This document shows, piece by piece, positions 12,869 to 25,153 of a stretch of 64,000 bases of DNA (within the stretch, counting starts at the first letter, position 1; each line of letters starts with the position of its first letter). The translations under genes and the position numbers were made by a program. This DNA comes from a virus. The stretch spans positions 1 to 64,000 of IMG/VR virus record IMGVR_UViG_3300035661_000043. One strand, given 5' to 3'. The notes beneath the pieces are model-generated. The model did no database searches. It had not been told where the DNA came from and was given only the letters and a program-made list of their open reading frames with translations.

Positions 12869-12918
12869 CCCAGTGAACACAAGTTCTACAATATTTTAAT
12901 TTGACAAAGGAACATAAG

Positions 12919-14895
12919 ATGGCAATTTCCGTTTCACCATCAGTTGTTGTTACTGAAAAAGATCTGACAAACATCGTCCCAGCAGTATCTAGCTCTGTTG
13001 GTGCTGCGGTTATTGATGCAGCATGGGGTCCAGTTATGGATGTCACAAGCATTGATTCCGAAAAAGCATTAATTCAGCGCTTTGGTAAACCAAACAACTC
13101 AAACTTCGAAAACTGGTTCAACGTAGCAAACTTTCTTGGCTATAGTGCCTCGGCTCTTGTTGTTCGTACCGATACCGCTGGACAATTCAACGCTGTTTCT
13201 ACCCTAACAGGCAGAGTAGGTGTTGTGACTATTGGTGCCGGTGGGACAGGTTACATTCCCTCTGAGACTTCTGTTTCATTCTCTGCTCCTAATGTGACCG
13301 GTGGCATCCAAGCCACAGGAACTGCTATCATTTCTGGTGGTGTGATCACTGGTGTCACTGTTACTAACCCAGGTTCTGGCTACACCTCAGCTCCTACAAT
13401 CACTATTGCTTCTACTGGATCTGGTGCTAGCGCTACTGCTACTGCTACAAAAGTAGATGGTGGTATCAAGATCAATAACCTTGATACATACCAAATGTCT
13501 TATGCAAATGGTGAAGGTGTAGTTGGAGAATTTGCTGCTCGTTATCCAGGTTCGCTTGGTAATTCTCTGACTGTATCTATGGCAGACTCTGCTACATTTG
13601 ATACATGGGCATATAAAGCAATCTTCGGTATCAAACCCGGCACTTCCAACTTTGCTACTTCAGTTGGCGCGAGCAATGATGAATTGCATGTAGTAGTGAT
13701 TGATGCAGATGGCAAGTGGACAGGCACTGCCGGCACTGTTATTGAATCATACGCCTTCCTATCTAAAGCATCAAATGCTAAGAAATCTGATGGTACTTCT
13801 TCTTATATTAAGAATGCTATCAACAATGCATCACAATATGTTTACTGGATGGATCACCCAATTGCAGTTTCTGGTACCGGTGCTGACTGGGGTACTCTGG
13901 CAGTAAATGGTAGTGCATATAAGAGTCTTACAGCTGTTGTTACATCTACTCTGGCTGGTGGTGCCGATGATTATGCATCAACGAATGCAGATAAGATCGA
14001 TGCATATGCATTGTTCAACAATGATGAACAGTATGATGTCAGCTTGGTTCTGGCAGGTGATGCAGATAGAGAAATAGCTCGTTTCATTATCGACAATATC
14101 GTTGAAGTCCGTAAGGATTGCATGGCATTCGTTTCCCCGAAGAATGTTAGTACTGGTGAGCCAATCATCGGCTCTAATGCGGATGCAGATGAAGCAATCA
14201 TCAAGTATAAGAATGGTGATGGCGCTTCTCTGACTTCACTACCTTCTAGCTCTTACGTTGTGTTTGATTCTGGTTACAAGTACCAGTATGACCGCTACAA
14301 TGATGCATATCGTTGGGTCCCACTGAACGGTGATATTGCAGGTCTGTGCGCTCGTACCGACTATACAGATGACCCATGGTTCTCTCCTGCAGGTTTCAAT
14401 CGCGGTCAGGTAAAGAATGCTATCAAGTTGGCATACAACCCAACCAAGGCTAGCCGAGACACATTGTACTTGAATGGTGTTAATCCAGTGGTTTCTTTCC
14501 CAGGTCAGGGTGTAGTTTTGTATGGTGATAAAACAGGTCTGGCTAAGCCATCTGCTTTTGATCGTATCAATGTACGTCGTCTGTTCATCACTTTGGAAAA
14601 GGCTATTGCTACTGCAGCTAAGTATCAACTATTTGAATTCAATGATGGTTTTACCCGTGCGCAATTCCGTAACATGGTTGAGCCATTCCTGCGCGATGTA
14701 AAAGGTCGTCGTGGTATTATCGACTTCAAGTGCATGTGTGATGAGACAAATAACACAGCAGAAGTTATTGATGGTAACAGATTTGTTGCTGACATTTACC
14801 TAAAGCCATCTCGTTAGATTAATTTTATTCAGCTTTCCTTTGTGGCAACACGCACAGGTGCAAGTTTCGATGAAATTATCGGTGGCACAGCATAA
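12919..14895 (+). CDS. gp18: Tail sheath protein gp18
   Basis: PWFSPAG, FDRINVRRLF and KPSR*INFIQLSFVATRTG; single TAG at 14815. Confidence 0.95.
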
Positions 14896-14905
14896 TATGA
14901 AGATT

Positions 14906-14923
14906 GGGACTTCGGTCCCTTTT
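14906..14923 (+). terminator. Intrinsic terminator with UUCG loop
   Basis: GGGAC-TTCG-GTCCC followed by a T run. Confidence 0.8.
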
Positions 14924-14974
14924 CATTATAAATATCGATAATAACAGTTATCAGAAAGACTCGAGGAACCCAAA

Positions 14975-15520
14975 ATAGCTCAGATTTAGCAATTCAAAGC
15001 TCAAATGATCAACGGTGGTGCACGTGCTAACCAATTCATGGTTCATATCACATTTCCCACGATCGTGCCAAATGCAGCACTAGCAGGACAGAAATTGCAA
15101 TTCGTTGCAAAATCTGCATCACTGCCTTCTTCTACTATCAGTGATGTAGCCGTAAGTTTCCGTGGGCGCCCAGTTCACTTTGCTGGCGAACGTGAATTCC
15201 AACCATGGAATATCGAAGTGTATAACGATAATGACTTCACTGTGCGTAATGCATTTGAAGCATGGGTTGATACAATTCAGAATGCAGAATCTACAAACGG
15301 TACTCAGAATCCTCTACTGTATCAAGTGGATATGCAAGTTCTACAGATGGACAGAAATGACCAGATTGTCAAGGAATATACTTTCAAGGATGCATGGCCT
15401 ATGGATGTTGGCCAAATCGCACTTGATTGGGAAGCTAACAATCAGATTGAAATCTTCCCCGTGACATTCCAATATAATTATTGGACATCTTCTAGTAGCA
15501 ACGGGACTACTATGATGTAA
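14975..15520 (+). CDS. gp19: Tail tube protein gp19 (probable ATA start)
   Basis: GGARANQF, FRGR..FAGER and IEIFPVTFQYNYW motifs; GAGGA lies 7 nt before ATA. Confidence 0.9.
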
Positions 15521-15544
15521 AGATAAGGGCTTCGGCCCTTATCT
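15521..15544 (+). terminator. Hairpin, probable terminator
   Basis: AGATAAGGGC-TTCG-GCCCTTATCT. Confidence 0.65.
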
Positions 15545-15739
15545 GACATTTAAGCGAGATCTCGCTAACTAATGGGTCTATTAAATATAATGTCTGGTTT
15601 GGGAACCAAGTCGGACTTTAAACAAAAACCGAAGGAGGTGCCGGCATTAGCTGGGCATATGAGTTCGGAAGATACATGATCTTTAGTCATATATTAGTTC
15701 ATTAAATTTGATTACCTGTTAACTTTAATTATATCCTCA

Positions 15740-17902
15740 ATGTCTAATCCAATATTCAATTTTTTCGGGTTCTAGATCAAACGATCTGAAGAGGAGAAAC
15801 AGCTTCCTAAATCAGTTGTTGCTCCAAATCTAGCAGATGGTTCTATTGTTATTAATCAGAACTTGGGAACTGGTATTCTCGGAGACTCTTATACTCTTGC
15901 ATTTGACCCAGACGGTCAGATCACAAATGAGATCGATCTCGTTCGTAGATATAGAGAATTGTGCAGATATCCAGAAGTAGCAGAAGCTATTGAAGATATC
16001 GTTAACGAAGCAGTGATTATCGAAGGTGAAGATAAACCTGTTGAAATCAATCTTGAGTATCTTAAGATCTCAGATTCAATCAAGAAAAAGATCACAGAAG
16101 AATTTGCCAAGATTCTTTCACTGATGAACTTCAATGAAGAAGGGTATGATCTATTTGAAAGATGGTATGTGGATGGGAAGATCTTTTTCCATATATTACT
16201 GGATGAAAATCATTCAAATGGTATCAAAGAGCTAAGATTAATTGACCCACGTAAGATCAAGAAGATCAAGAATGTGATCAAAGAGAAATTAGCAAGTGGT
16301 GTAGAGATTGTCAGGGAAGTACAAGAATATTACATATACAATGACAAGGGTATTGCAGGCGGCACTAGTCAGGGTGTAAGATTAAGTGTTGATTCTGTTG
16401 TGTACTGCCATTCAGGTCTGATTGATTCACAAACTGGATTAGTTCAATCATATTTGCATAAAGCAATCAAACCTGCTAACCAATTAAAAATGTTGGAAGA
16501 AGCGGTTATTATCTACAGATATACTCGTGCACCAGAGCGTAGGGTATTCTATATTGATGTTGGAAATTTACCAAAAGGTAAAGCTGAGCAATACGTCAGT
16601 GATATGATGAATAAGTTCAAGAACAAGTTATCATATGATGCTGTTACTGGGGAATTGGCAGATTCTAAGAGACACTTGTGTTTGGATATGAGCACACAAG
16701 TACCATTGCTTGATGGCAGAACACTGTCTATTTCCGAGATTGCTGCAGAGATGGATCAATCAGATAAACCTCTATGGGCATATTCATGTGATCCAGTGAC
16801 TGGCAAATTTGTGCCGGGTAAAATTACCTGGGCCGGTGTATCTAGACCAAATGCACAAGTCATGCGTATTACTCTTGATAATGGAAAAACCATTACTTGC
16901 ACCCCAGATCACAAATTTCCAGTTTGGGACAAGGGATTCGTAAAAGCTGAAGATCTATATATTGGCGAATCAATGATCCCGCATTATACTCGTTGGAAGG
17001 AAATTGCTAAGGGTTCTTCCAAGAATTACGAACAAATTTTCGAGAATGATACTGGAGAATGGAAATTCACACATCAAGCAGTATCCGATTGGAAAGATTG
17101 TATTACATCGCGCCGTTCATCTACATCATGTGTTTCTTCTGATAACAGTGCAGATAGACAAATTGATTCTCTAATGTTCCGTAACCATAAAATTGCAAAA
17201 ATTGAGTGGTTAGAAGAAACAATGGACACTGGATGTCTGACTATTGACGGAGATGAAGAATTCCACAATTATCATACATTCGCTCTATCTGCCGGAATTT
17301 ACACCCAGAACTAGATGATGGAAGATTTCTGGATGCCTAGGCGCGGAGATAAATCAACAGAAATCACGACACTTCCAGGGGGTCAGGGTCTCGGTCAGTT
17401 GGATGATTTGGATTATTTCAAGGATAAACTATATCGTTCTTTAAATGTACCTAAATCTAGATTCGTTCCAGATAGTGGTTTCTCTATTGGTAGATCAGAT
17501 ACTATTTCTAGGGATGAAGTAAAATTTGCTAAATTTGTTGGCAAATTGCGCAACAAATTCGGAAATATCTTTTTAGATATATTGCGCGTTCAATTGATTT
17601 CTAAGGGTATTTTCTCTAGTAAAGATTGGGAACAATTTAAAGAGAAGATTAAAGTCATTTACGCTAAAGATAACTTCTTTGCCGAATTAAAAGAAAATGA
17701 AGTTCTTACTACTAGACTTTAGACTGCATTGCAATTGGATCCATTTGTCGGCAAATATGTAAGCAAAGAATACATCCAAAGAAAAGTACTAAGATTCACA
17801 GATGATGAAATAAAAGAAATAAATACACAAATGGAAGCCGAGATCAAATCTGGTGATATTACTGACCCAGTAGCAATGATGCAAGAACCACCTCAGGCAT
17901 AA
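15740..17902 (+). CDS. gp20: Portal protein gp20 with a cis intein
   Basis: RAPERRVFYIDVGNLPK, EDFWMPRR and TEITTLPGG motifs; 3 TAG. Confidence 0.95.
16679..17311 (+). mobile_element. Mini-intein (211 aa) in gp20
   Basis: Starts CLDMST, has block B TCTPDHKF, ends GIYTQN; the +1 codon is TAG. Confidence 0.9.
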
Positions 17903-17918
17903 TCTTTAAGGAATAAAC

Positions 17919-18158
17919 ATGACAACAGCGCATGATTTAGTTAACGCAATTCAGTCAGGCAAAAGTGCAACGATTCAGGCTACTTTTGATTCACTAATGA
18001 CAGAGAAAATTCAGGGTGGTATCGAGGCATATCGTCAAGCAGTCATCGATAACACTTTCAACCCAGAATTGATGGAATCTGCCGAAGAATCTGCCGAAGA
18101 ATCTGCCGAAGAAGATGCAGATGATTCTAGCATTAATGGACTAAGCAAGAGCACATGA
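17919..18158 (+). CDS. Prohead core protein (gp67-like)
   Basis: Small acidic protein immediately after the portal gene. Confidence 0.6.
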   Translation: MTTAHDLVNAIQSGKSATIQATFDSLMTEKIQGGIEAYRQAVIDNTFNPELMESAEESAEESAEEDADDSSINGLSKST

Positions 18159-18231
18159 TAGAGTTGGCAACAAAAGCCGTCAAAAGAATTCCTAATATCG
18201 GTAAAGCAGTCGACAAACTAACTAAGTAATT

Positions 18232-18654
18232 ATGGCTAAAACAATACTCAAAAATACAGAAACTTTAGCAATCGTAAAAGTTTCTGGCAACAATATCTCA
18301 GAGACAATCACTCTTGCTACAGATCTTTTATAGTCATCTACAGTTGTTTCTGGCACACCATCAGTTGGTATCAACCATATCCAATGGTCTTTGCAGGGTG
18401 ACAATGGGGCTACTAAAATTGCTATTACTAGAGGAGCTACAGATGTACTTTCTCTATATGATAACGGTTAGGCATTTGATTTTGCTGGCAATGGTGGTTT
18501 CTGTGAGACCACAGGGTCTACATCTGATCTAGTAGTCACAATCACTGGCAAAGCATATGCTTATATAACTCTCAGAAAACTCTCTGGCTATAAGTCTAAG
18601 ATTGAGACAGCAGAGTTTGGTTCATATGACGACACAACTGTGGTAGGAAGCTAA
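18232..18654 (+). CDS. Hypothetical head-region protein (2 TAG)
   Basis: 141 codons ATG to TAA when TAG is read. Confidence 0.7.
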
Positions 18655-18656
18655 TC

Positions 18657-19298
18657 ATGTTGCTTTTAAGAGAATAGGTTGATTTTACTGATGTTCAGTT
18701 ACTAACAGAGGCAGATGCTTCTGGCAAGAAATCTCTCTTCATTGAGGGTATTTTTGCTCAAGCCGAAAAGAAGAACCGCAATGGTAGGATTTACCCAAAA
18801 TCAGTCATGGAAAAGTCTATAACTGATTATATTGATAATCAGGTTAAGAAGAAACGTGCTCTCGGAGAAATTAGTCACCCCTCAGATCGACCACAGGTAA
18901 AACCAGAACTAGCATCACATCTGATCACAGAACTTCGGTTTGACGGAAATGATGTTTATGGTAAAGCTAAGGTGCTAGAAACACCACAGGGTCAAGTATT
19001 AGCAGGTTTGCTAAATGGTGGTGTTCAGATGGGTGTGTCTACACGTGGTCTCGGCACAGTAGTTGAAAGAGCTGGATCAACATTTGTCAACAATGATTAT
19101 GTTATCATGGCAATTGATGCTGTTGCAGATCCATCTGGAATCGATTGCTTTGTTGATGCCGTAAATGAATCTCGTGAATGGTTGGTTCTTGACAATGGTC
19201 AGGTAATCGAAAGGATGAGACAAGAAATTAAAAAGACTCAACTCACTGAAGAACGTAAGTATCAGATGATGTCAGAGTTTTTTGCTTCTTTAAAATAA
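18657..19298 (+). CDS. gp21: Prohead protease gp21
   Basis: IEGIFAQAEKKNRNGRIYP, ALGEISHP, GVSTRGLG and DAVADPS motifs. Confidence 0.95.
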
Positions 19299-19406
19299 GA
19301 AGCACAACAGATTGATGGTATATTTGAATAGTTGCTTTTTATATTAAGAAATTGATTTTCGAGATCTAAAAAGTATAAATAAAACATTGTTTATTAGGAA
19401 TTTAAC

Positions 19407-20435
19407 ATGGGAAAAGAACAAGATCTGTTAGAAGAATTGCGTCTCCGTGCTGCCGCTCTAGTTGAAGCCAAAGAAAAGGCTTGTGACAAAGAGGATGAGA
19501 AAGATATGGATGACGAGAAAGATGAAATCGAGGATGGTGCCGAAGATTCTGATGATGATTCTGATGATGATTCTGATGATGATTCTGATGATTCTGATGA
19601 TTCTGAAAAAGATGACAAGAAAAAATCAAAGAATTCAAAGAATTCAAAGAATGAATCTAAGGAAGTTGACATGAGCATCGAATCTATTTTCGAAGGTCAG
19701 GATCTGTCCGAAGAATTCAAAATCAAAATTACTGCACTGTTCGAAGCATCAGTTGCACAAAAAGTTTCCGCTATTGAAGAATCCTATGTGAAAGCAATGG
19801 GAGAATTCAAGGCAGAAGTATCTCAGCGGACAATCTCTGAGTCCGCTGAGGTAGTAGAGGGACTCGTTGAAAGAGTTGATGGATATCTCGACTATATGGT
19901 TGAGCAGTGGATTGAAAATAATGAGATTGCCCTTGAACGTGGTATCAAAGCTGACCTGTTCGAAAGCTTCATGACTGGTATGAAAGGTCTATTTGAAGAG
20001 CATATGATTAATGTCCCGGAAGACAAGATCGAAGTTCTAGAATCCCAAGCAGCCGAAATTGAAGAATTAGAATCTAAGGTTGACTCTGTTCTCGCAGAAA
20101 ATGTAGAACTGAAGCAAACTCTAAAAGGAATCGCTAAGCAAAATCAAATCAAGGAAGCAGCCAATGGCCTTTCCGAAGTAGAGATGGAGCGATTTGTAGA
20201 ACTAGCTGAAGAACTTACATATGACAATGAAGAAGTTTTCGGTAAGAAATTGTCCGTAATCCGCGAACAATTCTTCTCGCAGACCGATGACTCCAAGCAA
20301 TTGGTAGAGTCAGTGGCCAATGTGACTACTGATGAGCCTCTGGTAGAAGTTGAAATGCCAAAACGTGCTCTGAGCGAAGGTGTTGACCCTACAATCGCAG
20401 CTCTGGCAGCTCGCATCGCCCGTAATTCTTACTAA
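19407..20435 (+). CDS. gp22: Prohead scaffolding protein gp22
   Basis: LSEEFK..FEA and YLDYMVEQW..N motifs; acidic low-complexity N-terminus. Confidence 0.9.
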   Translation: MGKEQDLLEELRLRAAALVEAKEKACDKEDEKDMDDEKDEIEDGAEDSDDDSDDDSDDDSDDSDDSEKDDKKKSKNSKNSKNESKEVDMSIESIFEGQDLSEEFKIKITALFEASVAQKVSAIEESYVKAMGEFKAEVSQRTISESAEVVEGLVERVDGYLDYMVEQWIENNEIALERGIKADLFESFMTGMKGLFEEHMINVPEDKIEVLESQAAEIEELESKVDSVLAENVELKQTLKGIAKQNQIKEAANGLSEVEMERFVELAEELTYDNEEVFGKKLSVIREQFFSQTDDSKQLVESVANVTTDEPLVEVEMPKRALSEGVDPTIAALAARIARNSY

Positions 20436-20460
20436 TCCATTAACTCTAAAGGAAAATAAA

Positions 20461-21729
20461 ATGGAACAAAATGTCCAACAATTGGTCAAAAAGTGGTCTC
20501 CTATTCTGGAGCACGCCGATATGCCAGCAATCAAGAGCGCTCAAGTTCGCGCTGATACTGCTGTTCTGTTGGAGAACCAAGAGCGCGAAATGACCCGTGC
20601 TACTTCCTCTCTGAACGAAGATGCAGCCAGTAACGCTGTTGGTGCTATGAGTGACACCGGTGGTGTTGCTAAGTTTGACCCAGTACTGATCAGCTTGGTT
20701 CGCCGTGCTGCTCCTGCAATGATCGCTTATGATATCTGCGGTGTTCAGCCTATGTCCCAGCCTACAGGTCTGATCTTCGCTATGAAGAGCAGGTACGGTT
20801 CACAAGGTGGCCCTGAGGCACTGTTCAACGAAGCTGATTCTGACTTCTCAGGCAAGGGCACGCATGCTGGTTCTAACCCAGTCAACGGTACTTACACTAC
20901 TGGTACTGGTATGACTACCACCGAAGCAGAAACCCTAGGTTCTACCAACGGTACTCCTGGTGGCACATTCAATCAGATGGCATTCACCATTGAAAAGACT
21001 TCCGTGGTTGCACAAACCCGCGCTTTGAAGGCTGAGTACACTGTTGAACTGGCTCAAGATCTGAAGTCTGTTCATGGTCTGGATGCTGAACAAGAACTGA
21101 GCAACATCCTGTCTCAAGAAATCACCAACGAGTTGAACCGTGAAATCATGCGTACCGTGTACACCTCTGCTAAGTTAGGTGCTCAAGTTGGTACTGCTAC
21201 TGCCGGTACTTTCGATCTGGATGTGGATTCTAACGGTCGTTGGTCTGTTGAGAAGTTCAAGGGTCTGATGTTCCAAATCGAACGCGAAGCTAACCGTATC
21301 TATCAAGAGACACGTCGTGGCAAGGGTAACATCATCATCGCGTCTGCCGATGTTGCTTCTGCTCTGGCAATGGCTGGTGTTCTGGATTATGCTCCTGCAC
21401 TGAAGACTGATCTAAATGTTGACGAAGCTACTAGCACCTTCGCTGGTGTTCTGAATGGTCGTTACAAAGTATATGTTGACCCATTCGTTGCTAACGGTAC
21501 TGCTGAACAGTTCCTGTTGGTCGGCTATAAGGGTGCAAATCGCTTTGATGCTGGTATGTTCTACTGCCCATACGTTCCACTGCAAATGTATCGTGCAACA
21601 GATCCACAAACCTTCCAACCAAAGATTGCTTTCCGTACACGATATGGACTGGTGGCTAACCCATTCACCACTAACAGTGCTGATAGCAACATTTATTACC
21701 GCAAAATTAAGGTTACCAACTTGTTATAA
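20461..21729 (+). CDS. gp23: Major capsid protein gp23 (no TAG)
   Basis: GVQPM..PTGLIFAM, RALKAEYTVELAQDL and FYCPYVPL motifs. Confidence 0.98.
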   Translation: MEQNVQQLVKKWSPILEHADMPAIKSAQVRADTAVLLENQEREMTRATSSLNEDAASNAVGAMSDTGGVAKFDPVLISLVRRAAPAMIAYDICGVQPMSQPTGLIFAMKSRYGSQGGPEALFNEADSDFSGKGTHAGSNPVNGTYTTGTGMTTTEAETLGSTNGTPGGTFNQMAFTIEKTSVVAQTRALKAEYTVELAQDLKSVHGLDAEQELSNILSQEITNELNREIMRTVYTSAKLGAQVGTATAGTFDLDVDSNGRWSVEKFKGLMFQIEREANRIYQETRRGKGNIIIASADVASALAMAGVLDYAPALKTDLNVDEATSTFAGVLNGRYKVYVDPFVANGTAEQFLLVGYKGANRFDAGMFYCPYVPLQMYRATDPQTFQPKIAFRTRYGLVANPFTTNSADSNIYYRKIKVTNLL

Positions 21730-21770
21730 TTTATAACAAGCTACCTATACTGGATATAGGTTTAATATCA

Positions 21771-21793
21771 AAACCGCCTTCTGGCGGTTTTTT
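21771..21793 (+). terminator. Bidirectional intrinsic terminator
   Basis: AAACCGCC-TTCT-GGCGGTTTTTT between convergent genes. Confidence 0.8.
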
Positions 21794-21795
21794 CA

Positions 21796-23241
21796 TTAGT
21801 TCAAGATATAGACAAAATTTCCACAGTCATATATTTGAAAATATCCAGCATTTTCCATAATCTGTCTTTCAGTTAAATCATCTTTATAATAAGTAGGTAC
21901 TAATTTCTTTAGTTTGGATTTTTGTGTTTGATATCTTGAATACCAACCATTAAAACTATGCCAGGAATAACCGGGTTCTGTTTTTCTTATATATTTCCCA
22001 AATCGGGAATATGTTTTGCCAGTGGATATTTTTCTGTCGCAATAAGTAAGAATAGGTTCTGTTGTTATATTATTTCTTACATATTTCATCAATTTTGAAA
22101 AACCACCAATGACTGTGACATTAAGTTTAGACGCCATTCTTATTAATTCAAAATTACATTCTTTTGTGAATCTACTTTTTCCTATGGATATACACATGAC
22201 GATCTCATTATCTGATAGAAGAGCAATATAGTTATTAGCAGGAGAAAATCCCTGAAGATGTGTTTTATCAAAAAATTCTCTTGCTTCTTTCGCTGCAATC
22301 TCTTTTATAGTTGTTTTTCTTGCATAGATTTTTTCTGAATTACCTAATTTGTTCAAAAGAATAGACTTCACAATTTCTGGTTTATGTTTCAATTCCTATT
22401 CAAATATATGCATAAGATTAACACCAATTTGAGAAGCCATTTCTGTTTTTTCTAGATGAGATTTAATTTCATCTGATTTTTTAGTAGAATGCCAATAGAT
22501 TCCATCAAATTCAATCCCAAGTTTTAGTTCTGGGATGTAAATGTCAATTTCTCTCGGAGTTATTACTGATCTACTATTTCTTACAGTATCAAAACCGAAA
22601 GATCTGATCCATGCATCTAATTCATCCTCACCAGCAGAACCTGTTTTGGCATAAGTAAAAAGATTATGATATGCATAATACTTTTGTACAAAAACTACAT
22701 GAGCACCATTAAAGAATTTCATACTTAGTTCTGATAAAGATTTACACTCATCTCTAATAGAGCAGAGATAATCTTTGTCAAAATACATATCCAAATTTAA
22801 ACCAAGTTCTGAAAATTTACTCTTTAAAGATTCGATCTTTCTAATTCCCCTTTTCTTTTTCTTTGATTCTTTTACACCAGGAATTCCATTATTCCATGAA
22901 ACACCGTATTTTTCTTGGTAAGTTTTTCTAGCTTTTTCTGCACGTTGTTTAGAATTATTTCTTTGAATTTCAGATATTTTGGCAACAGTAGAAGGTTCAT
23001 TTGCTGCACATCTAGGAGAACATACTTTCTGACCGGGTTTCACATAGTGAATACCACCACAGTAACATTTCATTGGCGGCATGTCGCTTATCAAGAAATC
23101 GATACGATCCCGCATGTTCCATTTTTCATAGCCAACGGCTGAAGTTTTCTCCATAATATATGTAAATAGCCCATGAGACTTGAGATAATTCTCTTGCATT
23201 TTTCTGGGACTTTTTCTTACTTCTACAAGTTTTTCTTTCAT
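21796..23241 (-). CDS. Hef-like putative homing endonuclease
   Basis: EIDIYIPELKLGIEFDGIYWHS and IYARKT..YDCG motifs; two ORFs joined at IFE*EL. Confidence 0.8.
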
Positions 23242-23378
23242 TCTAGCCTTAAATTGGTTATATCAATTTGATGATCTTGTTAATTAAACATGTCTACTAA
23301 CCTTTTGTAACCTAATTGATGAATTAAGTGTTCAATCTTTTCACAAAACCGCCCGAAGGCGGTTTTTGTGTTTCTTCT

Positions 23379-24845
23379 TCATGTTAACACATACTTTAAA
23401 TTGCCGCAATCATAGTATATCTTGAACTTATTATTAAACATATTCTGTTCTTCTGTTAAGTTTTGATCAAAAGTCTTTAACAGTGTCGATAATTTGGATT
23501 TTTGTGTTTTGTATCTGGAATATGTTCTTGATCCATTTGTCCAAACATACCCAGGATCTGTCAATTTCAAGAATGTAAACTATGATTTTGCATATACATT
23601 CCCATTTGAAATTCTTCTGTCAGCATATGTAATAATAGAACCAGTATAGTTCTTTCTGAAATAATTTAGAATCTTCTGAAATCCACCTACAACAGTAGTA
23701 TTCAATTTAGATGCAAATCTGATGATTTCCCACTCATAGTTCTTTTCAAATCTTGGTTTACCAAAAGTACAAACTGCTACTAATTCATTCTCATAATATA
23801 GACCGAGATTGACTTTAGACACTGCATATCCACTTAGATGTGTTGTTTCCAAGAATTGCTTTGTATTTTTAGAATCAACTATTCTAAGATCACATTTTCT
23901 AGCATATATCTTTTCTGTGATGCCTAATTTAGAACGAATAATAGATTTGACTAATTCCGGAGATTCTTTCCATTCTTCTTCTGTGATTCTTATAACAAGA
24001 TTACCCGTTTTTTCTGCATCAATCACTTTCTTTTGATGTATTTTCTTTTCGGCAGATGAGAGTTTTCTGTCTGATCCGTGAAAATATAGACCATCATATT
24101 CTATACCAAAATTCTTTTCTGGTACAAATATGTCTATCTCTCTTTTATCTGTGTCAAAAATTTTGACATTCTGTTGAACGTCAAATCCAATCGATTTGAC
24201 GAATTCTGCAATTTGTTTTTGACCAGAAGAAATAGAATAGCCTACTTTCACTGGTATTTCATGTAACGCAATATATTTTGCTATAGTTCCTTTGTCAATA
24301 TCAAACTCCGATGATATATCCATATACGTCTTGTCTAATGTGATATACTGATTATATAGCCAATCTCTGTCTGAAACCATGGTTTCAATTCTTTTCTACA
24401 ACTTAGATTTAGTCCATACGTGCTTTATATCTTCTCTTTGTGAGTTATATTCTACCCCATATTTCTTAATCATTGTTTCTTTTCTGGATTGTTTTCTTTT
24501 TTCAAGAATTTCTGGATCTGAATCACGAGTTTTTACAGCAAGACGGATTCTTTCAACATCTTTAGAAGAACATTTTTTTGAACAATAATCTGAAATTCCT
24601 TTGTCTCCAAATACGAACATTCTTCTATTTGTTTTACACACCGCACAAACCCCAGGTTCACACAATTGCATTTTGGCTAGTGTGAACAATTCTCTGACAG
24701 AATAGCCATCTCGTTCATATATATCTAAAATAGCTAGAATATGTGAAGTGTATTCAAATTTTGCACGAAGAAATTTGTAATTGCACCTCTTGCTAGGTAT
24801 TTTTCCATTTACTTCTAGTGCTTCTATTATCTCATCAAACCACAT
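23379..24845 (-). CDS. Hef-like putative homing endonuclease (paralogue)
   Basis: KKYGVEY, EIDIFVP..IEYDGLYFH and YYDCG motifs; three ORFs joined through TAG; AGGAG RBS. Confidence 0.8.
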
Positions 24846-25153
24846 TTGGAAACTCCTATGTTCTATATTATATATTAATTTGATGATCCAGTGAAGTAAA
24901 CGGAATGAATAATAGAAACTATTCATTACTTCAATGTGACTAATTTCTCACACATAGACAAAGTTATGTTTGTCTGTGTCAGATCACTGCTAGACAAGAT
25001 CGAAGCTGTAGGACAGTTAATGCAGGAGCCTACTGGTGTCTCCTTCGGTTTATGTTTCAATTCCTATTCGGACCCAAACCCTTAATTCACGGAGTGCGCG
25101 TATTTTTCTCACTTGGTACATAAATAGTACAACACACTTTCGGGGATATTCAA

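Noticed and set aside
1334-14628. Numerous minus-strand ORFs in the structural module
   Set aside because: They are antisense shadows of the plus-strand genes recovered by reading TAG.
19402-19678. Alternative-frame and antisense ORFs with QNHH, MMIL or SSES repeats
   Set aside because: They are by-products of the GATTCTGATGAT repeat that encodes the acidic gp22 N-terminus.
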